IMG/VR virus record: IMGVR_UViG_3300010374_000001
From: a virus
Reading direction: 5' to 3' (one strand)
DNA length: 16,191 nt
Each line of letters starts with the position of its first letter. The first letter of the stretch is position 1. Shown here piece after piece: positions 6,875-12,492 of the stretch. A program made the position numbers and the translations under genes. The notes under the pieces were generated by a model, which saw only the letters and a program-made list of their open reading frames with translations, searched no databases and had not been told where the DNA came from.

Positions 6875-7539
6875 CAGGATCTAGCCTTCTGTGGTCTCCA
6901 GTTGCCTTCTGGACTTATCTCATACCAAATAACATCTTCACCCTTAGGGCAACGATTGATTTCACCTGTTGCTGCTGCCATGCACTTGAAATGACCCCAC
7001 GGCTTATTTGCCTTCGTCATTCCGTGAGCCCAGTGCATCGCCCCGTGAGCACAGCGCGGCACATCTTTGTCAGTCGTTCCCCCTATAATGTCTTTTACCA
7101 CTGCAACTGCTTCAGCTGATGTTGTAGGTGCTGGCACATGTTTGATAGTCCACGGATCATCTTCTTTTTCTACTGGCACATACTCTTTTGTAGTTGCCAT
7201 CTGTTGCTTGGCAACCTTCGTCATTTCTTCTCTTGAAGCCCTCTTGCCTTTAGCTGCGTAATTTGCGTTTGCAAGCGCTCTAGCGATTGCTGAAGTCTCA
7301 CAGTTTTCCAACGCGCTAGTAGCATTGACACCTCTATCAGTAATCTTCTCCTCAGCGAGTCCTGTGGAGTACGCAACGCTATCTGCAAAAGTCCGATATA
7401 GATATGCTTGAACAATATATTGTCCATTTTGGAATGAAATGAGTTCGGTTGCAACGCGGCCATCTGGGTTGTCCTTCCACCACTTATCTAATCTGACTTC
7501 ACATGTCTCATAATCTTGCAAATTAAACATATAGTTCAT
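6874..7539 (-). CDS. Two-domain protein: Sak3/DUF1071-like (putative single-strand annealing/DNA-binding) N-domain plus a Cys/His-rich C-domain
   Basis: 221-aa ORF. The N-domain ends in TSALENCETSAIARALANANYA, resembling the conserved ETxAIxRAL helix of DUF1071/Sak3-type proteins. The C-domain is CAHGAMHWAHG...WGHFKC...RCPKG. The start is ambiguous: ATG 7539 has only an adjacent AGG, while ATG 7530 has AGGA 8 nt upstream. Confidence 0.45.
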   Translation of the reverse strand: MNYMFNLQDYETCEVRLDKWWKDNPDGRVATELISFQNGQYIVQAYLYRTFADSVAYSTGLAEEKITDRGVNATSALENCETSAIARALANANYAAKGKRASREEMTKVAKQQMATTKEYVPVEKEDDPWTIKHVPAPTTSAEAVAVVKDIIGGTTDKDVPRCAHGAMHWAHGMTKANKPWGHFKCMAAATGEINRCPKGEDVIWYEISPEGNWRPQKARS

Positions 7540-7801
7540 CCTGTTCTGTAGCGAGCTCCAACGCTATTGCGAGGTAGCAGATTGCATCTTGGTAGGAATC
7601 AACATGGCTTGGTGTTTCTTGGATTCGGCTAAGTTTGACCTCGACCATTGCAAGTGCAGCTTGAGCATCCGTGACTGGGTAATCGAATAGATTGGTAAGC
7701 CGCGAAGCGATCCGACCTTGATTGATTCTTGGGTGACCGTAGATACGACCACGATCTTGCATAATGTCGATTGCATTGATAAGTGCCTCAGTCGCTTTCA
7801 T
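7523..7801 (-). CDS. DUF6378-like small helical protein (nucleotide-metabolism-associated family), function unknown
   Basis: 92-aa ORF. The pattern MQDRGRIYGHP..N..RIA......D.P.T...AALAMVEVKLSRI....H.DSYQDAICYLAIA matches the R..YG/..K..R/..DS..D..gY signature I associate with DUF6378 phage proteins. It abuts the upstream stop (TAG then ATG). Confidence 0.5.
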   Translation of the reverse strand: MKATEALINAIDIMQDRGRIYGHPRINQGRIASRLTNLFDYPVTDAQAALAMVEVKLSRIQETPSHVDSYQDAICYLAIALELATEQDELYV

Positions 7802-7948
7802 CTATTCTCTCCAGAATTCTTGTCGTGAAACTGCACGACCTCTCAGGTAGCCATCTCTGTGGCCTTGTTCTCTACCGATATTGACTCCCATTAGGTAGCC
7901 GATTGTTAGAAATGTCATGCCAAAAACAAAGCAGAGTAGTGGTGACAT
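7802..7948 (-). CDS. 48-aa single-pass membrane protein (not in the ORF track)
   Basis: My translation is MSPLLCFVFGMTFLTIGYLMGVNIGREQGHRDGYLRGRAVSRQEFWRE. GGAG SD 8 nt upstream. TAATG overlap with the upstream stop, and its TAG abuts the next ATG, so it exactly fills the 7802-7947 gap. Confidence 0.55.
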   Translation of the reverse strand: MSPLLCFVFGMTFLTIGYLMGVNIGREQGHRDGYLRGRAVSRQEFWRE

Positions 7949-8235
7949 TAGTTGCTCCAAGACATTGATTGATAATCAGTGATTAATGTCCATTGACCTA
8001 AAGCATCGTCAAATAGAACTTCATAACTGTTGCCGAAGTCTTGCAAGATAGTGCGAGCTGCCATCAGATTGGCATAGTTGTCAAACCAATAGATGTAGTC
8101 AAGATTGTAATTTACATTGCCTTCAAAACGGCCATCCTGAGCTTCCCAGTTATTGCCTTTGAACTGCATTGATGTTTCGTTGAGGTTCTCAAAGTCCTCA
8201 GCCATGTCCATATAAACTGCCTTCATTGCGCCCAT
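7948..8235 (-). CDS. Strongly acidic 95-aa protein, function unknown (first gene after the main non-coding gap)
   Basis: GAAAGG SD 8 nt upstream of ATG 8233-8235. I count 15 D/E against 4 K/R, and the protein is rich in aromatic residues. Confidence 0.65.
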   Translation of the reverse strand: MGAMKAVYMDMAEDFENLNETSMQFKGNNWEAQDGRFEGNVNYNLDYIYWFDNYANLMAARTILQDFGNSYEVLFDDALGQWTLITDYQSMSWSN

Positions 8236-8294
8236 TGTCTTGCCTTTCCGTAACTGATGCCCTCGATCGGTTACAGGATTAGTGTTGCATAGGG

Positions 8295-8405
8295 TTATGC
8301 TAAATCAAGCACATTTTGATAACGAAATGGTAACAATTCTGTATCGTCCATAGAATCATCAATGGTGCGATGGACAGGAAAAATGTCCGTTATGAGGGTA
8401 TCCAT
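8295..8405 (-). CDS. Possible 36-aa acidic ORF (not in the track)
   Basis: ATG 8403-8405 lies 2 nt after the phosphoesterase stop. Translation is MDTLITDIFPVHRTIDDSMDDTELLPFRYQNVLDLA. The SD is weak (GGA only). This stretch could instead be regulatory DNA. Confidence 0.2.
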   Translation of the reverse strand: MDTLITDIFPVHRTIDDSMDDTELLPFRYQNVLDLA

Positions 8406-8407
8406 GC

Positions 8408-9157
8408 TTATCCGTAAGTCTTACCGTACACAGTAAATGAGCCATCCTTATTGATAGGAATAAGCATAGGCGTTAGATTCTTTCCATAGGTCTCTAGGAT
8501 AGCCACGCTCATCTGCCAATTAGCGGCCCCAGCCTTGAGATAAGAAGCTTTTTTCTTATCCATGACATTCCCTGCTTCTACGCCCCACAAAGTCCTGTAT
8601 GAGCCCCCTATGCCCTCAGAATAGGCACTGATGCCTGCCCTATGGGTATGGCCACAAACTACGGATTTGCCGAACTTCTTGGCTAGACCTAGAGCTGTGA
8701 GCCCTGCATTGGAATTCATTGATCCTTCGTCCCCGTGCACTAGAACCCAATTTGGATGAAACTCAAATGGCTTTTTATGGAATCGAATACCTAGAGACTT
8801 AAAGTCCATAAAGGCTGGATACTCAAGCTCTGGTAGTCCTATGAGACTTGGCGCTCCTCGTAAGAGTGTGTGGTACAACCGATCAGTATGGTTAGAACGC
8901 GTAATGTCGCTTGTCTGTAAGTCCCAGAGAATGTTCTGAGCAAGCTTTCTATCAGCATCTAGCTGCCCTTCCCACTCTAATCCTGTCCCCTTCGCCCATT
9001 TTGATTGAGCCTGCATATCTAGCTCATCGCCCGTATTTAGTACTAAATCAAACTTCTCTCGATTAACTAACTTAATTAAATTCTTGACTGCTGCTTCGTG
9101 ATGATACGGAATTTGAAGGTCGCTGATAACCAAAATTCGAGATTTTGTTTTTGTCAT
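8408..9157 (-). CDS. Calcineurin-like metallophosphoesterase
   Basis: 249-aa ORF with the ordered motifs VISDLQ, TGDELD (GDxxD), RSNHTD (GNH-like), VLVHGDE and CGHTHR (GHxH). ATGA overlap with the upstream gene. Confidence 0.8.
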   Translation of the reverse strand: MTKTKSRILVISDLQIPYHHEAAVKNLIKLVNREKFDLVLNTGDELDMQAQSKWAKGTGLEWEGQLDADRKLAQNILWDLQTSDITRSNHTDRLYHTLLRGAPSLIGLPELEYPAFMDFKSLGIRFHKKPFEFHPNWVLVHGDEGSMNSNAGLTALGLAKKFGKSVVCGHTHRAGISAYSEGIGGSYRTLWGVEAGNVMDKKKASYLKAGAANWQMSVAILETYGKNLTPMLIPINKDGSFTVYGKTYG

Positions 9158-9381
9158 TCATCCTCTTCATCATCCTCATAATCGCCGAATTTTTCGGGAT
9201 CGATTGGTGTAGGCAATATCCAAGCAGGATAGGCTTGAGGCTCAGTGATCATAAATAAAACAACAGACTCAGGAAAGCCTGCTCGTTTTAGTGATTTGTA
9301 GTATTCATGAAGCCCAATGCAAAAAGCATCGAGTTGTGAATAACCTTGCTCTTCTAACGCCTTAGTTGCTTTTCTTGCCAT
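9154..9381 (-). CDS. 75-aa protein with a poly-acidic C-terminal tail, function unknown
   Basis: The ORF ends in GDYEDDEEDE. The SD (GAGAGG) is poorly spaced, about 13 nt. It follows the lysis genes after a 10-nt gap. Confidence 0.6.
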   Translation of the reverse strand: MARKATKALEEQGYSQLDAFCIGLHEYYKSLKRAGFPESVVLFMITEPQAYPAWILPTPIDPEKFGDYEDDEEDE

Positions 9382-9391
9382 GAGATAATTG

Positions 9392-9583
9392 TTACCTCTC
9401 TAAGATACGGATTATCGTTTCAACACGCGCTTCAAGTGCAGTAATTTGGTCACGCATCGAGCTGCCTGAATTTGGCTTTAACTCGTTTAGGTAATGCTTT
9501 ACCAACCATTTCACAGCACCAATAAATGAACCAATAACGGTCAGAGCAACAGCTACAACAGCCGCCCAGTCTTGCGCTGACAT
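9392..9583 (-). CDS. 63-aa membrane protein (N-terminal TM plus C-terminal helix); holin/lysis-regulator candidate
   Basis: WAAVVAVALTVIGSFIGAVKWLV forms the TM segment, followed by an amphipathic RDQITALEARVETIIRILER. TAATG overlap with the preceding 46-aa ORF. It lies two genes downstream of the endolysin. Confidence 0.6.
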   Translation of the reverse strand: MSAQDWAAVVAVALTVIGSFIGAVKWLVKHYLNELKPNSGSSMRDQITALEARVETIIRILER

Positions 9584-9723
9584 TACTTTTTAGGTGTGGC
9601 GTAACCAAAGACACCAGCTAAAATCGCCCAAAGGATTGCGCGATAATCAACATCGAAATTACTTGCAGCCCAAGCTGAGAGGAACGCTCCAGCAGTAAGG
9701 ACAAGTGGGTTCTTCATATTCAT
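9583..9723 (-). CDS. 46-aa two-TM holin candidate (not in the ORF track)
   Basis: My translation is MNMKNPLVLTAGAFLSAWAASNFDVDYRAILWAILAGVFGYATPKK. It has two hydrophobic segments and a basic C-terminus. AGGAG SD 9 nt upstream. ATGA overlap with the endolysin stop and TAATG overlap with the next gene. Confidence 0.6.
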   Translation of the reverse strand: MNMKNPLVLTAGAFLSAWAASNFDVDYRAILWAILAGVFGYATPKK

Positions 9724-10145
9724 CTATTTACTCCTAGCATCGGGATATCAAACCAGCTACCGTTTTGGTCGCCTTCTTTATTAAAACTAATATGGATATG
9801 AGAATGATGAGGGTTGATTCCCTTATATTTGACCCAACGCCATAATGATTTTCTGGATGCAATCTTTCCAAAGTGGATGACATATTTGATGCGCTTGTCT
9901 TTCTTTGCGCATAAGCGTATTTGGTCGGCAAGATAAATACTTGAATTGGATCGTGAGTCGAGATTCGAATCCACATCAAGACCCCTGACTTGACTGTTAA
10001 TCGGATCGGGCAGATGATCACTTGTACCTGCTTTGGCGTGACGAGCATCGCCTATCCAACCATCAGATTTACGGTCTCTATCTGGAAACGCATCATCGAT
10101 TTGTTCACGAAGTTGCTGACCAGCCTTGCACAGTATTGGCTTCAT
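9720..10145 (-). CDS. Endolysin, LAS-superfamily (M15-like) zinc peptidase
   Basis: 141-aa ORF. SDGWIGDARHAKAGTSDHLPD...RGLDVD...YVIHFGKIAS...WRWVKYKGINPHHSHIHISF matches the GDxxH...SDH...xD...NPHxxHxH pattern of actinophage lysin A peptidase domains (H/D/H zinc ligands). Confidence 0.72.
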   Translation of the reverse strand: MKPILCKAGQQLREQIDDAFPDRDRKSDGWIGDARHAKAGTSDHLPDPINSQVRGLDVDSNLDSRSNSSIYLADQIRLCAKKDKRIKYVIHFGKIASRKSLWRWVKYKGINPHHSHIHISFNKEGDQNGSWFDIPMLGVNR

Positions 10146-10357
10146 TATCCGAGAAGTGTTGCCAATTCATCGGCTGATAGTCCTAAGCGATCAGCAATAG
10201 CGGCTTTAGCATCTGCCTTAGCCTTTGCTTCTGCTTGCTCTGCTTGTGTTTGTGCCAATTCATCCAATCGCTGTTGTGCTTCTTCTGGTGTTGCTTCGCG
10301 TTCGATGATTGTTTCTTCGCCAGTTGTAATATCGTAGATTTTTTCTGTTAGTTTCAT
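10145..10357 (-). CDS. 70-aa protein, function unknown (Ala/Lys/Glu-rich helix)
   Basis: AAGGAG SD overlaps the fibre stop. The sequence is MKLTEKIYDITTGEETIIEREATPEE... followed by AEQAEAKAKADAKAAIADRLGLSADELATLLG. It lies between the fibre and the endolysin. Confidence 0.55.
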   Translation of the reverse strand: MKLTEKIYDITTGEETIIEREATPEEAQQRLDELAQTQAEQAEAKAKADAKAAIADRLGLSADELATLLG

Positions 10358-10366
10358 AATTGCTCC

Positions 10367-11239
10367 TTATGCGCTTCCGTAGACAAATACTGTTCCAGCA
10401 TCAAAATTGTTAGATGTAGACCTAATGCTTACGGATGAAACTGTCGCGCTATTGCTCCATGTTCCCCCGATAGTATAAAATTGACCATTTGTACCAGTAT
10501 CATCAACTCCGCCTGCGGCTTGCCAGACTTTGACTCCAGATGATGCACCGCCTGTTAAAAGAAAATATCCGCTAACTGCCGAGCCTGCGCTATTACTTGT
10601 TTTTCCAACGGGAATTTGATATTCATCTAAATTGTAAGCAACACTATTGGTTGCTGAATAACTTGAAAAATTAGTATCGCGGAAACCCACACCCCAGTAA
10701 TCTACAATTTCGGTATTTAATCTAATGCCGATTGTGCTAGCGCTGCTTAGAGATGATGCTCCTCTAATGACCACCATAATTTTATCTTGGCCGCTAATTC
10801 CTGAAATTGTTACTAAGTCTGTGCCAGTTAATGAAGTACCGCCTGAGTTAAGTAATGACCAGTTAGCACCTGCTGATGGTGTTGCTGGCGTAGCCCAACT
10901 TGGCAATCCGCCAGAGACTGTAAGCACTTGTCCTGTGCTTCCAATTCCGAGACGAGCAGGTGTTGATCCACTAGATGAATAAATTGTGTCACCTGTTGTG
11001 GTCATTGGGTTTGTCATGCCAGTTGTGTCTAAGTTAGCCCAAGCAGAACCTGTGTAATAGGTAGTAACATTTGTATCTTTTAGATAAGCAAATTGACCTT
11101 CTTGTGGTGAAGTAATTTCGGCATCACGGTTTGCAGCATCGGTAAAGACACCAACGCCCTGCATAAGGTATCCATTTACATCTGCCGCTGTAAGAACCTC
11201 GCCTGTAGTGAATGTCTTAAAGCCTTGTCCTGCTGCCAT
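10367..11239 (-). CDS. Tail fibre / receptor-binding minor tail protein
   Basis: 290-aa ORF with an AGGAG SD. The N-terminal FTTGEVLTAADVNGYLMQGV...RDAEITSPQEGQFAYL...YTGSAW and GDTIYSS...ARLGIGSTGQVLTV.GGLPSW motifs recur in actinophage minor tail/fibre proteins. The C-terminal half is S/G/T-rich. Confidence 0.65.
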   Translation of the reverse strand: MAAGQGFKTFTTGEVLTAADVNGYLMQGVGVFTDAANRDAEITSPQEGQFAYLKDTNVTTYYTGSAWANLDTTGMTNPMTTTGDTIYSSSGSTPARLGIGSTGQVLTVSGGLPSWATPATPSAGANWSLLNSGGTSLTGTDLVTISGISGQDKIMVVIRGASSLSSASTIGIRLNTEIVDYWGVGFRDTNFSSYSATNSVAYNLDEYQIPVGKTSNSAGSAVSGYFLLTGGASSGVKVWQAAGGVDDTGTNGQFYTIGGTWSNSATVSSVSIRSTSNNFDAGTVFVYGSA

Positions 11240-11247
11240 TTGTTCTC

Positions 11248-12492
11248 CTAGTATGCCAATACGGATGTGTCAAGGATACCGTATAATGTCGAGTCCAAGA
11301 TGAAGCCATCGAGGACATTTTCCTGTGTTGTTAAAACTGTTTTCCATGTGTTAGGCGTAATGCTATGGGCTATGCCTTGACATTGAAGTGTCTTGACAAT
11401 GGTAGTTCCAGCCACATTGACATTAGTGATCTGCATAGGATCAAAGTAATCCAAGTCCAGTGCAGCCGTAACGCCTGCCCCGTAGCCTAAAGTAACTAAA
11501 TCGAGGGTAATGGATTCAATTCTCAAAGTGGTGTCTTTGCGACTGGCTACGAAATTTTGGGCAAGTTCTAAGGCCTCGGCATCTGTCTGCATGAGCATGT
11601 CATTAGCTGTAATACTGTGAAGAAAGAACTTGTCAATAGATGTTTGATCTGATGCTGTTTGGGCAGTGCCACCTATGGGTGTCACTGTAGCCTGATTAAC
11701 GATTGTCTTATCGTCTAGGGCAAAGGTGATGCCAGCGTAAGGAATGTCTGAAGATCCTGTGGCATTGGAAAAGGCAATAGGTGTTTCAGCGCCAGACTCA
11801 TAGACAAAGCTGCGGTTCTTAAAGACTGCATTGCCAGCCTTGTCAAAGTAGAACGCTCCCTGCTCTGTAAATGTTGCAGTCTCAATAGCTGCTAGAGCAG
11901 TGCGTGTAGTTGCTGGATCTGCCTGACATAAGGTGTCACCTGTCATAATTGACCTAGCACTATCAGGCCAGCCAATAGCATCTAGGATTTTGCCTACGCG
12001 AGTGCCAGTGTCTTGTCCTGCTGTTGCGCCTGTGACGGTGCTCACATTTGAGTTAAACACCAATCTAAAGGCATCAGAACAAATAAGATCAACATAACCA
12101 ATTTCTTGGTCTTTAGGATAGGTGTAAAGATATTCTTGAATATATCCCTTGAAGATTGGATAAATTGTTCCTGAATAGTTTGTCTCAATAATGATTGAGC
12201 GTAAAGGAACTAGGTTTGGATAGTAAGGGCTTGAAACATTCTGAGGATTCCACGCGCCTGTTTCGTCAAGAATACGGACTGTTGCTGTACCTGACAAATA
12301 CTTGTCCTGAAATAGGTTGCGTTCTTTGCGAGTATCAATCTTAGAGACTTGGTTTGATACATCAATAATAACTGTGTCAGGCTCGGCTAGGACTGCAAAA
12401 TCAAGCTCTGAGGTATCTAAGACAAATGGAGTTCCAAAAGAAGCGCCACCAGTTAAATTGATTTTGACAATAGGGGTTGCTGGTAAAGCCAT
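11248..12492 (-). CDS. Minor tail protein, distal-tail (Dit)-like
   Basis: 414-aa ORF immediately after the TMP (TAATG overlap). The N-terminal pattern RKERNLFQDKYLSGTATVRILDETGAWNPQN.SSPYYPNLVPLRSIII resembles siphophage Dit/Sipho_tail proteins. Confidence 0.6.
   Translation of the reverse strand: MALPATPIVKINLTGGASFGTPFVLDTSELDFAVLAEPDTVIIDVSNQVSKIDTRKERNLFQDKYLSGTATVRILDETGAWNPQNVSSPYYPNLVPLRSIIIETNYSGTIYPIFKGYIQEYLYTYPKDQEIGYVDLICSDAFRLVFNSNVSTVTGATAGQDTGTRVGKILDAIGWPDSARSIMTGDTLCQADPATTRTALAAIETATFTEQGAFYFDKAGNAVFKNRSFVYESGAETPIAFSNATGSSDIPYAGITFALDDKTIVNQATVTPIGGTAQTASDQTSIDKFFLHSITANDMLMQTDAEALELAQNFVASRKDTTLRIESITLDLVTLGYGAGVTAALDLDYFDPMQITNVNVAGTTIVKTLQCQGIAHSITPNTWKTVLTTQENVLDGFILDSTLYGILDTSVLAY

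Noticed and set aside
7221-7463. 80-aa minus-strand ORF nested inside the 221-aa gene.
   Set aside because: It is an out-of-frame overlap within a longer ORF that has recognisable motifs. It has no SD and a Leu/Arg/Gln-rich shadow-like composition.
7564-7776. 70-aa minus-strand ORF nested inside the DUF6378-like gene.
   Set aside because: It is an alternative frame of a gene whose main frame carries a family-like pattern. There is no independent support for it.
9734-10048. 104-aa minus-strand ORF nested inside the endolysin gene.
   Set aside because: The main frame contains the complete H/D/HxH peptidase motif set. The nested frame has no motifs and no SD.
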